Virus record (IMG/VR): IMGVR_UViG_3300025103_000025
Span: 1-50,323 of that record
Length of the DNA: 50,323 nt
Source of the DNA: a virus
Taxonomy: Duplodnaviria; Caudoviricetes
Reading direction: 5' to 3' (one strand)
Under the pieces are notes generated by a model, which was not told the DNA's origin, did no database searches, and saw nothing but the letters and a program-made list of their open reading frames with translations. Below, piece after piece: positions 17,897 to 27,958 of the stretch; positions within the stretch are counted from its first letter, which is position 1, and every line of letters begins with the position of its first letter. The translations under genes and the position numbers were made by a program.

Positions 17897-20800
17897 ATGC
17901 TAGGTGGACTATGTGGAAATGGTCTCTTCGGAGGCTCTGAAAGAGGTTTTGTTTCGCCTTCTGCGGGTGGCGGAGACTCTGACAATACGGTTCTTGGTCC
18001 CCCAATGGACGATTCCTTCATCGCTGACAGGGGAGAAGTCACGGGTCTCAACGGACAAGGTAAGCCTATTGACCAACATGGCGTTGAAGTAGTCCCATCT
18101 CCCGGTGGTAGCACTTTATTCTTGCCCAAATTTAATTGGAGAAGAGGCCAAGGCAACGGACTGCTTTCGACTCTAACCCAAGGAAATAAATCTTCTCAAG
18201 CAGCAGCTATTGCAAATCTTTCAACCGCCATACTCTGCCCCGGTGACGAACCCATTAAGCATACGACCTTCCTTGGTGCGTCCATTATGGACTTTTCTGT
18301 AAGTCTTGGTTATGGTGAACAAAGCAGTTCTCTAACAGTCAGATTAGCAGAAGACTTATGTGAGGGCGGGAGCAAAATATATTATCAGGGTCACAAGAAT
18401 CTAAAGCTTGGCAATACCAGTACGCTAAGGGAAGTAAGTACAACAAAAGCAGATAAATTTGAGCCTCCTTCAGTTGGGTCTGCAGTCTATTTTAGAATGG
18501 GCAATTTTGAATTTACCGGAGTCTTTCAAAGTTTCACAAAGACTAGAAGCCCAAGTGGTAACCCTGTATATTCAGTAACCCTGATAGACCCAAGGGAATT
18601 ATTAGCTGGTGTAAGTCTTATAATTGCCGATGAGTATAGTGACGCTGTTCTAACTCCAAACATAATCAATGTGTTTGCAATTATGGAGAAATACGGTGTT
18701 GAGTGTCCGACCACGGGAGGAGGGGCTTTTGGAGGTGCTGCCGCAACCGAAGAAGGTATGCCTTGGAACAATATTTACACGGGCTTAAACATATCTCAAT
18801 CTGGTCTTTCTGCATTTACTGGAATAACCCCCAAGAGACCAAGAATGGGAGGGTGCGAATATCTAGTAGACCTTACCAATCTACCAGTTCCTCCTGTTGA
18901 TTACAGAATGGGAGGAACATCTATTACGCTATTGGATGCAATATCTAGACTGTGTGAGGATGCTGGCTATGAATATTTCCTAGATTTAATTCCTGTGATT
19001 GTTGGGGGTGGAACTCTTCTTATATTAAAGGTTCGCTGTGTAGACAGGACTACCCAACCCAACCTTGATGCCATAGAAAACTTTATAGACGACCCAGATA
19101 ATCAAGTTATGGAGAGCTCTAATGGTCTTGAATTTAGAAACGACGTAACCAGCGCAATGGTTATAGGTGGTAAAAAAACCAACCTGTTTGAATGCGAATG
19201 TCCGGGGGCTATGTCTAATTGTAACTTTGCTGGTATTCAGCCTTACTGGGGAGTAGACGACAATGAAAATCTTATCACTGGATGTAGGGTCTCTAAACCA
19301 ACAGGTGGTTTTGAATATCAAATAAATGTTCCTACGAGTTCTCTAAACGAGACATTAGAGAAGATGATAAATTTCTCTACCTATACAATAACTGAATCAG
19401 AGATGAGAGCAGCTATGATGGGAGAGAAAAGTTGGACTGGATGGATTACAAACCAAAAAAACCACCCAATAAAGGTCTTATTCTTTGGAAACCAACCTCT
19501 TCAATACTACGCTTTTCAAGCTTTAGAGGGAGTTCTAAAAAAGGCTAAGCAACAAGGTTGGGGTGAGAACGGAGTAGCAATAAAACCACAACACTTTGTT
19601 CAGGCAAACAAAAGTGTTCAAAGTTATGTCAGCAAGCAGATAGCTAAAAATACAGGCAAGAAAGATTTAGAAGACTTGAGCAAGGTTTTCACATGGATAT
19701 CTTCATTCGCTAAAAGATACGGTAAGGAATGGATTGTTCCTCTAGAGGGACTTTGTACTATTAACAACACAATTGATGGTGTGGCTAGGCAGAGTTTCCA
19801 ACCAACAGACAAGGCTTGGTCTGATGCTCCTGCTCCCTTGGGTTTGAACGGAAGCCTTGCTCAGACTGTCTTTGGTGGAGATGATGCTGATGGTAGATAT
19901 ACTAGTTTTGTTAGGTTTAATCTGTTTGCCGGTGGTGCTTTCAATTCCAGCTTTGGGGGAGCCGGAGTTAATGCTGGGTCAAGAATAGATTTTAGCAAAT
20001 TTACAAAAGGCGAATATTATGTTAATGGGAATAATCTCTGGTTGAAGGCTGGTAGCTCAAAAGAAATCGCCTATCTAGACAAGGCAAATATGCAAGGCCC
20101 CCACAGCATACTTAAGATTGGTAGCGCTGTTCAGGCAAAAATAGAGTCAGAGCAAGGTGTGAGCGATGCTTTTGCTGCGTTTATGAGAGTTATGAAAATA
20201 GCAGCTGGAAAAAACAGCGAAGAGATATCACAGCAGCTTAGGAGAGGGGTAGGTGCTAATCTGGTCAACATGGGAATGGCTCATGAGGCTATGTCGCCTG
20301 TGGCTGCAGCTGTTCCTATCCAATACGACGGCTTTACCTACGGCCCTTGGGAAACCAGCGGCGCAGTTGATGGAAAAACTAGAGTTGAGGTTAATGAAGA
20401 ATTAACCCCTTGGAACTATGCTGGCTATGCTTTGTTGGCTGTTGCTGGGCAGGATTTAGCCGACCAACAAGTTACCAATATGCAATCAAGTGAGATGGGA
20501 AGCATTAAAGTTCCCGGTCTTCCAGATAAAATCAGAATTGGTTGGGAGCTTAACCAAGTAAGGTCAGACTTTGCTTTAGTAGAAAACAGAACCCCAAAGT
20601 CTATAACTATTCCCGGTGGTGGGCAAATCAACGGAGGAGCCTCCTTCTATTATATAGATGAGCCTACTATGAATAATAGTTATGGTCCGAACCTCACAGG
20701 AATACAGGTGACCGTAGCAGCAGGGGGGATAACGAGTCAATATAACTTTAGAACCTACACGCCTAAATATGCTCAATTTGCAAAGCTAAATGCTGAACGA

Positions 20801-23800
20801 TTAAAGAAGATGGCAAGAGCAAGAATAGCAGCCAATAAAGACCAAAGAAAATTCAATCTTAAATCTCTTCAACTGCAAGGCAAAGGCTTTCGGGGTATGC
20901 CGGGCATGGATGGCTTTGGCGGAGGTGCTGCCGGAGCAGGTGGTGGGGGAGGAGGAGAAGCAGGAGGAGGACAACCAAAAGGCGCGCACCAGCAGGGTCA
21001 ACAAGTAGGGAAAAATCAAGATGGGGCTGCTGGAGGAGGCATAGCTTTAACAGCAAGAGCTGTTAAGATGAAAACGCCAGATGGGAATACGGGTGTTTCC
21101 GTAGACATGGGTATTCTTCCGGGGTCGGAACTACAAAATACTTTGGATGAGAGCTACGGAGAGAAGGCAATTGTAGGCTTGGACTCTTTGTTTTATCCTG
21201 TCTCTCTTGGCGGAGACGGAGGGCTTCCCCCTTTAGCTTCTCCCGCTGGGAGCTGTATAAACTCCAAGTCAACTCCAGCTAGACCAAACGGTCCGTACAA
21301 CGCAACTGAAGACAACGACAAGCAGCTTTTTGATGGCGACTATGATATTAATAACCTCTATCTTCAACCTTTCCAGAACCCAAGAGGGTTATCGTTTGCA
21401 CAAATGCACCTTTCGGCAGGCGGTAAGGACAAAAGAGACAATATAAACGAAGGGCACAGCAATGACCTTGTGGCGAGGGGAGCAGACGCTCCGGAAACTA
21501 CTCTGTATAGTGAAGCTGCCGAGTATGATAGTCAAAGCGAAGCATATTCTAATGACTATAGGTTCTTAGCCCTCAAAGGGCCTTTGATGCTTCATGGGTG
21601 GGGTTATGACCTTCAAGGAAAGCCTGTTCCTAATGAGGCTGATAGTTCGTCGGGAGCCGCCGCTGGAAGCTTTACTACTGGCAACCTTACTGACAAGTTT
21701 CTGCCCGGATTTTTGAGAGATACTCATACATGGCCAACAGCACCAATAGACCTTAGATACGACCGAGCAAGAGGTGTTTGGACAACCCCCCAACCTCCAA
21801 GGTTCATGAAAGTTCTTCTTGAATCAGAGGGTTCAGAAACAGAACTTGCCGTGGGAGCAGAAACACAAAAGCGCGGAAGTTCTGGTCTCACAACTAAAGA
21901 AGTAGGTGAATCTCCCGCAGCTTGGACTAAGGATGGAAGCTCTGGAGAAGACGATAGATATGTCATAGTAAAGAATGACGGCGCTGCAGCAATTCCTGTT
22001 GGAACGACCTTCAAGGTCTACTATGATGACTTCACTTGCAAGTGGCTACCCTTCGCAGTGACTTGTGCCGACGAGATTATTATTGCAACAATGGTAGATA
22101 ACATGCTTCCTGATGCAAACGGCGAAGCTACGGTCATATGTCCTCCAGACAGGGAGGGTCAGAAGGTTCGGGTTATTAATTCGCTCAACCAACCAATTTC
22201 AGCGCACAAGCAAGTTATTTTGTGGAAAAAATGTGGGGATTGCGGGGTCAACTGTCCGTCAGCGGATGGGGAGGATGAAGACGGTGATGGCTCATATGAC
22301 ACGGGCACAGGGCTTCAAGGGGGGTGTTACAGGGTATTGCAGGCCGAGTTTTGTCCGTTGAATGTTGTTACCTCTGTTTATGTTGAAGAGAGATATGAAC
22401 AACTAAATTTAGGAACCGCGTCGCCCGGGACTGGGGGGACAGTGTCAAGTAATCTTAAATCAGGAGGGGGTACGGAAGGAGATGGAGCCTGTAACGATGC
22501 GGGTGATGTGAAGAAGGAAGATATAAATGATATTGAGTTCTGTAACAAGAAGATAGTCGTCAAGGTTTGGGTAGATGAGTATGCTCAGGTATGTGAGACT
22601 CCAGTTGTTACTAGTACATGTGGCGGCCCCGGTCCTGGCCCCGGTGGTCCCGGCCCCGGCCCCGGTGGTCCCGGCCCCGGCCCCGGCCCAGAAGGCCCCG
22701 GTCCTCGGGGTGGTGGTTGCGAAGACGACGAGCCATATTGTGGAGGAGAAGAGGCTTGTTGTAGATATACCGAGGATGGTGTTGAAAAAACAGTTTCTAT
22801 TGACGACCAAGACCCTTGTGAGACGGCGGACACAGGCAAGGACCACGTCAGTTCATTCAGGTGTCTAGCGGCTAAGGAAGATAATGTATGGTGCTCCAAC
22901 GACGGGAAGCAAACCTTGACTACAGACACGCCGGAGGACGAGGACGCGGCGAACTGGAATTTAGTGGGTAAGGGGCTTGGCGGAGAGCTCTCTAACTGTA
23001 GTCTTTTTGAAGAATGTCTATGGGAAAACAATAGAGGAGAAACTAAAAGCGCTAAATCATACTGTTCTGAAGCGAATAATGCTAACGACGGAAGGTGTGC
23101 TGGTGGTCCCTGTTTCGAGTGCAAATGTTGTGATTTGAGTAATACCGATTGGGTTGCTATTAATAATGAGCAGGACGGCCTACCCACCGGCGAAGCCTGT
23201 TGCGAATTGGTTCCTATAAATAAAGAGTTTACAGAAGATGATTGCGAGAGGGTTATGGGCGGTGATGTAGTCCGTTGTCCAGTTGGCGACTATATAGATT
23301 GCGATGGTGCTGATGATAAAGATGATGTGACTGGTAAGTGCTGTGTTGACGCCCACCATGAGGCTTTGGAATACGATGGGGATTGTCGGCCCATATGTGC
23401 GGACGATGATAACTTTAACGACCCAAATTGTCGAAGATTAGCAGACTGTATTGAAGGGGGTGGAAAGGCCGGTCTTTGTGGTGACTGCCCAGAAGATGAA
23501 GAAGACGACCCAACTGACGACCCAGACGACCCGGCAGAATATGGGTGCATTACCACCTATAAAGGAGGTCATAAAGACTCCCTTTGGCCGGGTCCAATTC
23601 CCGGGGCAGATATATGTGGTCCGGGTACGAATGATATATTGTGTGACGGTCTATGGGACTTTAATGATTTAGACTATTGGGAGGGAGAGGCCAATATTGA
23701 GATGGGGATGGGGTATAACCGGTTCCCTAGTGATTGTGACGAATGTGTTTGTTGTGAAGCCTCCGATGGAACAATCTGGCCGAGCCACTGGTTTTCGAAT

Positions 23801-25036
23801 TTTCCGGAGGATTGTACCGGATTCGAAGTTGGTCACCACAACGAAACGCCAGTCCCAGTTCCTAACTCTCTTGGTGGTAAGGTTATTTGGTGTCCAAACA
23901 ATGACCCTGATGTCAAAGGTGGTGAAATGCCAGAATGTGGCTGGTGTTGTTTGGAACATGAAACTGGCAAGCTTACTCCTATAGGGGGCGAAGGCGGCGT
24001 CCAAGCATCCGCCTGTGCTGAATTTGGATTCGGAAGTATTGTGTCTTGTGATAGAGACGCCGTAATAGAGGGTAATAGGGCCGGTCAAGCTGAAGCCTAC
24101 ACAGACGATGACGATGATGGATTTATACCGACCGATGAGGATGAGCCTTTTGATAACTCTGGAAGCGATGCTAGTTTAGGGGGAGGAGAAGTGGGAGGTG
24201 GAGGTATAGTAGAACCCCGTCCTGACTCTGGGGATAAAGCTGGGCTTGAACCCGACGGAAGTACTCATGAAGATAATAGAGCATCTTCTGGCAAAAGTCC
24301 ACCAACTACTACAGCAGGTTATTCGAGTGGTTCTACTGGTAGTAGCAACCCATGTGACTTGTCCAGCCTTATGTCTGGTTCTACTTCGTCCGACAATGTA
24401 ACGCTTAAGGTATGTACGGTTGTTCCGGATGGCGCGATAACAACGGGGAGCTGTGCCACTCAATATCCAGATGTTTCGATGGCATCCTTTAAGATAAGCT
24501 CTTGTGCTGATTATAAATTTAATATGGAGTTTGAACATGTTCAATATCCATTGTTATGGATTGACGTATGCGAAAGAACTATATATCTTCAGACTGCCTT
24601 TAGTAATCCTATCTGTGGAATTCAGAGAAGAGCTGACATTGCTTCGTTGTACGAGCACTCAACCAAGAATTCATTGGGGCTGCAGATGCCAGTATTTAAT
24701 GCACCTTATCATCCCAACGTTGAGAAACAATTTGGTTTTCCCAACGGTTTCACGAGCAAAATCCAAACCGGAACTTATGAGCACGATAAACAGTATGAGG
24801 CAAATGCTCCAGAGCCAGCCATATCGTTTAAAGAAGGAACGGCCTATGACGATAGTATCTTTAGCTGGGAAGCATGTTATCGTGGGCTCTATCAAGGCAC
24901 TGGTGGAACGACGTCTCCCGGTGAGACATTGAAATCCCCGTCTACAATTTCTTCCGGTAAAGACGGCAATACTGCAAACTGGGGCATAACCAAGCCCCCA
25001 GATTCAACGCCTCCCCAGAGTTCTTATACAACATAA
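17897..25036 (+). CDS. Large tail-tip/central fibre (receptor-binding) protein with a Cys/Asp-rich C-terminal half
   Basis: 2379 aa. N-terminal hub-like strands (FLGASIMDFSVSLGYG..SSLTVRL; YSVTLIDPRELL), Gly-rich and GP linkers, and many CC/CxC motifs after about 22.1 kb. Confidence 0.6.
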   Translation: MLGGLCGNGLFGGSERGFVSPSAGGGDSDNTVLGPPMDDSFIADRGEVTGLNGQGKPIDQHGVEVVPSPGGSTLFLPKFNWRRGQGNGLLSTLTQGNKSSQAAAIANLSTAILCPGDEPIKHTTFLGASIMDFSVSLGYGEQSSSLTVRLAEDLCEGGSKIYYQGHKNLKLGNTSTLREVSTTKADKFEPPSVGSAVYFRMGNFEFTGVFQSFTKTRSPSGNPVYSVTLIDPRELLAGVSLIIADEYSDAVLTPNIINVFAIMEKYGVECPTTGGGAFGGAAATEEGMPWNNIYTGLNISQSGLSAFTGITPKRPRMGGCEYLVDLTNLPVPPVDYRMGGTSITLLDAISRLCEDAGYEYFLDLIPVIVGGGTLLILKVRCVDRTTQPNLDAIENFIDDPDNQVMESSNGLEFRNDVTSAMVIGGKKTNLFECECPGAMSNCNFAGIQPYWGVDDNENLITGCRVSKPTGGFEYQINVPTSSLNETLEKMINFSTYTITESEMRAAMMGEKSWTGWITNQKNHPIKVLFFGNQPLQYYAFQALEGVLKKAKQQGWGENGVAIKPQHFVQANKSVQSYVSKQIAKNTGKKDLEDLSKVFTWISSFAKRYGKEWIVPLEGLCTINNTIDGVARQSFQPTDKAWSDAPAPLGLNGSLAQTVFGGDDADGRYTSFVRFNLFAGGAFNSSFGGAGVNAGSRIDFSKFTKGEYYVNGNNLWLKAGSSKEIAYLDKANMQGPHSILKIGSAVQAKIESEQGVSDAFAAFMRVMKIAAGKNSEEISQQLRRGVGANLVNMGMAHEAMSPVAAAVPIQYDGFTYGPWETSGAVDGKTRVEVNEELTPWNYAGYALLAVAGQDLADQQVTNMQSSEMGSIKVPGLPDKIRIGWELNQVRSDFALVENRTPKSITIPGGGQINGGASFYYIDEPTMNNSYGPNLTGIQVTVAAGGITSQYNFRTYTPKYAQFAKLNAERLKKMARARIAANKDQRKFNLKSLQLQGKGFRGMPGMDGFGGGAAGAGGGGGGEAGGGQPKGAHQQGQQVGKNQDGAAGGGIALTARAVKMKTPDGNTGVSVDMGILPGSELQNTLDESYGEKAIVGLDSLFYPVSLGGDGGLPPLASPAGSCINSKSTPARPNGPYNATEDNDKQLFDGDYDINNLYLQPFQNPRGLSFAQMHLSAGGKDKRDNINEGHSNDLVARGADAPETTLYSEAAEYDSQSEAYSNDYRFLALKGPLMLHGWGYDLQGKPVPNEADSSSGAAAGSFTTGNLTDKFLPGFLRDTHTWPTAPIDLRYDRARGVWTTPQPPRFMKVLLESEGSETELAVGAETQKRGSSGLTTKEVGESPAAWTKDGSSGEDDRYVIVKNDGAAAIPVGTTFKVYYDDFTCKWLPFAVTCADEIIIATMVDNMLPDANGEATVICPPDREGQKVRVINSLNQPISAHKQVILWKKCGDCGVNCPSADGEDEDGDGSYDTGTGLQGGCYRVLQAEFCPLNVVTSVYVEERYEQLNLGTASPGTGGTVSSNLKSGGGTEGDGACNDAGDVKKEDINDIEFCNKKIVVKVWVDEYAQVCETPVVTSTCGGPGPGPGGPGPGPGGPGPGPGPEGPGPRGGGCEDDEPYCGGEEACCRYTEDGVEKTVSIDDQDPCETADTGKDHVSSFRCLAAKEDNVWCSNDGKQTLTTDTPEDEDAANWNLVGKGLGGELSNCSLFEECLWENNRGETKSAKSYCSEANNANDGRCAGGPCFECKCCDLSNTDWVAINNEQDGLPTGEACCELVPINKEFTEDDCERVMGGDVVRCPVGDYIDCDGADDKDDVTGKCCVDAHHEALEYDGDCRPICADDDNFNDPNCRRLADCIEGGGKAGLCGDCPEDEEDDPTDDPDDPAEYGCITTYKGGHKDSLWPGPIPGADICGPGTNDILCDGLWDFNDLDYWEGEANIEMGMGYNRFPSDCDECVCCEASDGTIWPSHWFSNFPEDCTGFEVGHHNETPVPVPNSLGGKVIWCPNNDPDVKGGEMPECGWCCLEHETGKLTPIGGEGGVQASACAEFGFGSIVSCDRDAVIEGNRAGQAEAYTDDDDDGFIPTDEDEPFDNSGSDASLGGGEVGGGGIVEPRPDSGDKAGLEPDGSTHEDNRASSGKSPPTTTAGYSSGSTGSSNPCDLSSLMSGSTSSDNVTLKVCTVVPDGAITTGSCATQYPDVSMASFKISSCADYKFNMEFEHVQYPLLWIDVCERTIYLQTAFSNPICGIQRRADIASLYEHSTKNSLGLQMPVFNAPYHPNVEKQFGFPNGFTSKIQTGTYEHDKQYEANAPEPAISFKEGTAYDDSIFSWEACYRGLYQGTGGTTSPGETLKSPSTISSGKDGNTANWGITKPPDSTPPQSSYTT
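22622..22707 (+). repeat. GC-rich low-complexity repeat encoding (GGPGPGP)n
   Basis: ggccccggt/ggtcccggc units, encoding GGPGPGPGGPGPGPGGPGPGPGPEGPGP. Confidence 0.85.
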
Positions 25037-25057
25037 AAATGAACATAGAGTTCCAGA

Positions 25058-25771
25058 ATGACCAGACAAGGAAATAGAATGAAGTGGGCCACCGGAGTCA
25101 CTGTTGCTCCTAGGAAAAATCCTACTTTTGACAAGTGTTATCAAAGTTTTTTAGACTCTGGATTTAAGCCCCATATTTTTAAAGAACCGGGTGTGTCTAT
25201 ACACCCAGATTTTTTAATAAACGGCCTTACAGAGCGAATGTACACCCTTGGAGCGTGGAAGAACTGGCTTCTTGGACTTAGGGAGCTGCGTACTTCTAAG
25301 CCTGATGCAGATATTTATGGTATGTTTCAAGATGACGCATTGTTTTGCAAGAATGTTAAGCCATACTTAGAAAAGGTTTTATGGCCTTCTTCCGATACTT
25401 CTGTTGTTTCTATATATACTCCAAGGCCCTATGCAAGCAATAATAAGTGGAGTCATGGTATGTTGCCTCTTTGGGGAGCTGTGGCATACTTTTTTTTACC
25501 CGAAACCTTGGATTCTTTGCTCAACCACCCTATAATAAGAAGAACACAACCACACGATGGTGATAAACTGATAGACGTAAGGGTTGGAGAATGGTCTGAT
25601 GCCATTAATAAGGCGGTCATTTTTCACAATCCATCTCTTGTACAACACATCGGCGAGTTCTCTACTATATGGGACGGAGATGTTCCTGCTGAAGATGACA
25701 GGGCTGCATTTGAGTTTGTTGGAGAAAATTTTGATGCGTTGCAACTTTTAGATGGTGTATACACTTATTAG
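25058..25771 (+). CDS. Putative GT-A fold glycosyltransferase
   Basis: 237 aa with a GMFQDDALF (xDD) motif and a C-terminal HNPSLVQHIG motif seen in GT25/GT54-like enzymes. Confidence 0.6.
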   Translation: MTRQGNRMKWATGVTVAPRKNPTFDKCYQSFLDSGFKPHIFKEPGVSIHPDFLINGLTERMYTLGAWKNWLLGLRELRTSKPDADIYGMFQDDALFCKNVKPYLEKVLWPSSDTSVVSIYTPRPYASNNKWSHGMLPLWGAVAYFFLPETLDSLLNHPIIRRTQPHDGDKLIDVRVGEWSDAINKAVIFHNPSLVQHIGEFSTIWDGDVPAEDDRAAFEFVGENFDALQLLDGVYTY

Positions 25772-25789
25772 GTAGTTAATGCTAAAAAA

Positions 25790-26074
25790 ATGGAGAACCC
25801 TATGAAAGATATTTGGAAGGCTGTAGCGGCCAGCTCCGTAAGCTGCGTAATATTAATGGTCGGCTTTTGGATTGTTCAAGCTAGAGGCTACGTGACCAGA
25901 CCAGAGGTCTCAGATATGATTCAAACCGAATCCCCTTACTTGGTGGATAAGCGACTTGTATTACAAAATATAAATGATATGAAGAACGTCCTTCAAAAAA
26001 ATACTGACGTAATCGCTCAATTAAATTTAGAAATAGCTAGGTTAAGAACAGAGTTAGATAGGTTGCCCGAATAA
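25790..26074 (+). CDS. Small membrane protein with an N-terminal TM helix and coiled coil (holin-like candidate)
   Basis: 94 aa. Hydrophobic AVAASSVSCVILMVGFWIV followed by a heptad-like C-terminus. Confidence 0.45.
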   Translation: MENPMKDIWKAVAASSVSCVILMVGFWIVQARGYVTRPEVSDMIQTESPYLVDKRLVLQNINDMKNVLQKNTDVIAQLNLEIARLRTELDRLPE

Positions 26075-26075
26075 G

Positions 26076-26411
26076 ATGAGAATTCCAAAGAAGTACAAGG
26101 AAAAACTTAAAAAGAATCAGGAAAAGAAGATGAAAAAAAAGGATGAAGAACTAAAAGAACCAAGTCTGGTAAAAAAAGTCAAGAAATTTTCTGTTGAGGC
26201 TATAAAACATGCCGCAAAAGGAAACCCTACCTGTACGCAAGAACAGATAGACGCAAGACTAAAAATATGCAAGGGTTGCAAGTGGTTCAGGAGCGAGAGA
26301 TGCTTAAAGTGTGGTTGCGCATGCAATAACAACAAGAAGTATTTAAACAAACTTGCTTGGGCTGACCAGTCTTGTCCTGTGGGCAAATGGGGTCCTATAG
26401 AAGATGAGTGA
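26076..26411 (+). CDS. Small basic Cys-rich metal-binding protein (DUF6171-like)
   Basis: RLKICKGC...RCLKCGC...KLAWADQSCPVGKW pattern with a Lys-rich N-terminus. Confidence 0.6.
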   Translation: MRIPKKYKEKLKKNQEKKMKKKDEELKEPSLVKKVKKFSVEAIKHAAKGNPTCTQEQIDARLKICKGCKWFRSERCLKCGCACNNNKKYLNKLAWADQSCPVGKWGPIEDE

Positions 26412-26480
26412 GGGGCGGGTTAGCGGAAGAAAACCCTTAGAGCACGCCACGCTGTATTCTGCGCTCGCCTCTCTATTTTT
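26410..26480 (+). terminator. Imperfect stem-loop at the convergence of the two transcription blocks
   Basis: GAGGGGCGGG (26410-26419) pairs with CTCGCCTCTC (26464-26473) using G-U pairs, then TATTTTT. Lies between convergent stop codons. Confidence 0.45.
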
Positions 26481-27003
26481 ACCACTGGTATTTTTCTATC
26501 ACAGCTCTTTCTAGAATCACCTTAAGAATCTGGGCTTCTCCCAGCGATAGGGTATGCTTGACCTCAGAAAGAACTCCGCTTTTAGTTTTTCTAGCCAAGC
26601 GGATATAGTAACCTTTACCATCAACCTTCTTAAAACTAAACGTAGTACTACCCTTGCTGTTCTGGTGGTATATGCCAGAGAACTTTCCTCCGGTTTGTCC
26701 GGCTTCTTCCTTTTCATTATTAAGGACGGCCAGAACTTCCCCGACATCAGTTTCTCCAAGTTTTAGAGTTACAGACTTGCTGTCTTCCTTCTGACTCCAA
26801 GCAAAAGAAGCATTTCCATTGTTGTCGGTGCCAGTCTGAGGCGATGCCACCCAAAAAAGCTGCACATCCCTTACTGTGAAGGGGCCGTTAGCTCCAGTTC
26901 TTTCATCTTCGACAACTTTCATTTCAAGCCGACTAGCAGCACCAGAGCCACTCTTATTCGGTTTGTATACCCTCCACTGAGTCTTTTTACGATTCGTTTG
27001 CAT
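26479..27003 (-). CDS. Putative Whirly/PC4-fold ssDNA-binding protein
   Basis: 174 aa. VYK...AA, FAW..K...LKLGETDVGEVL, IYHQ, GYYIRL and LSLGEAQILKVIL occur in the same order as plant Whirly motifs. Adjacent to the annealase gene. Confidence 0.5.
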   Translation of the reverse strand: MQTNRKKTQWRVYKPNKSGSGAASRLEMKVVEDERTGANGPFTVRDVQLFWVASPQTGTDNNGNASFAWSQKEDSKSVTLKLGETDVGEVLAVLNNEKEEAGQTGGKFSGIYHQNSKGSTTFSFKKVDGKGYYIRLARKTKSGVLSEVKHTLSLGEAQILKVILERAVIEKYQW

Positions 27004-27958
27004 CGAAACCTTCCCTCCAACTTGTAATGTAACCCTTAACCGCCTCAGGAATTTGTTCCATATTCTGCTGGTAGTGAGAAAGGGTCTGGATTAGATTTGA
27101 GGCCTGTTGATGTCTCAGGTCTCTGATTGTTTTGCAGCTTGGGAACTGAGACCTGACAAACTCTTCAACATTGATATCAAGTCCTCTACCAACCGACTTA
27201 CACATCACGTCGATAAACGATATTTGATTGTCTGTGATATTTTCAGAGTAGTCTTGCTCTTCGTTGTTTGCGTTTTCAGATAATTCTTCTGCCGCAACAA
27301 CCTTTCTTAGCTGTAGCAGTCTTCTTAAAGCTCTGCCTTCAGCCCTAGTTTCTGCCATAGCCACAGGAAACTTACTGTATGGCATGTCGGTATTCTTATG
27401 CCAAGCATCGCCTGAGCCACAAGCTGTTCTGTGGTGCAGGTTATCTTCCCAGTTCACGACAACTGTTACGGAGCATGTCACAGTGGCCCTACCTTGATTT
27501 TTCTTATTGGGAACTTGCACTATTTCAGATTTCATATCTATAATTGGCCCAAGCACAGATTCTGTGACTCTACGCAACCCATCTACAGTTGGGTTTCCAT
27601 CCATGAGCTCATCATACTCAAACTTACTCATGATGTAGTCACTCCATTCTGGGTCACAGATTGACGGAGTTCTGTATTCTCCTACTTCCTCACTAACGAG
27701 CACTTCTTCAGCTGACTCAACAGCCTCTATGCTTTCATCTTCTTTGGTTTTCTCGAAGTCTCCGTCTCCGTCTTCTCCCCCAAAGTCAATGTCGTCAATA
27801 GCAGCCAAAGTCTTTTGTTCTTCAAGCATTTTTACAAGCTCAAATTTTCCTTTGATTGATTTGACTTCGCCCTCGTCGAGGCCGTATTCCTCAACGAGTT
27901 CTTTTCTAATTTGCGCAACCTTAACATCAGCATAATCTGCAACTGCCATTTTATTCAC
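26987..27958 (-). CDS. Rad52/Sak-like single-strand annealing protein
   Basis: 323 aa with RATVTCSV...GSGDA...PVAMAETRAEGRALRRLL...AAEEL and a C-terminal ITDNQISFI...ASNLIQTL helical module. Confidence 0.6.
   Translation of the reverse strand: MNKMAVADYADVKVAQIRKELVEEYGLDEGEVKSIKGKFELVKMLEEQKTLAAIDDIDFGGEDGDGDFEKTKEDESIEAVESAEEVLVSEEVGEYRTPSICDPEWSDYIMSKFEYDELMDGNPTVDGLRRVTESVLGPIIDMKSEIVQVPNKKNQGRATVTCSVTVVVNWEDNLHHRTACGSGDAWHKNTDMPYSKFPVAMAETRAEGRALRRLLQLRKVVAAEELSENANNEEQDYSENITDNQISFIDVMCKSVGRGLDINVEEFVRSQFPSCKTIRDLRHQQASNLIQTLSHYQQNMEQIPEAVKGYITSWREGFDANES

Noticed and set aside
22460-23187. Antisense and alternate-frame ORFs over the GP repeat (e.g. 22585-23187 minus, 200 aa)
   Set aside because: These are shadows of GC-rich low-complexity coding sequence in the 2379-aa gene, with no independent motifs.
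25790-26074. Confident lysis cassette (holin/spanin)
   Set aside because: Only one TM helix plus a coiled coil is visible, with no endolysin or lipobox partner nearby. Kept only as a low-confidence candidate.
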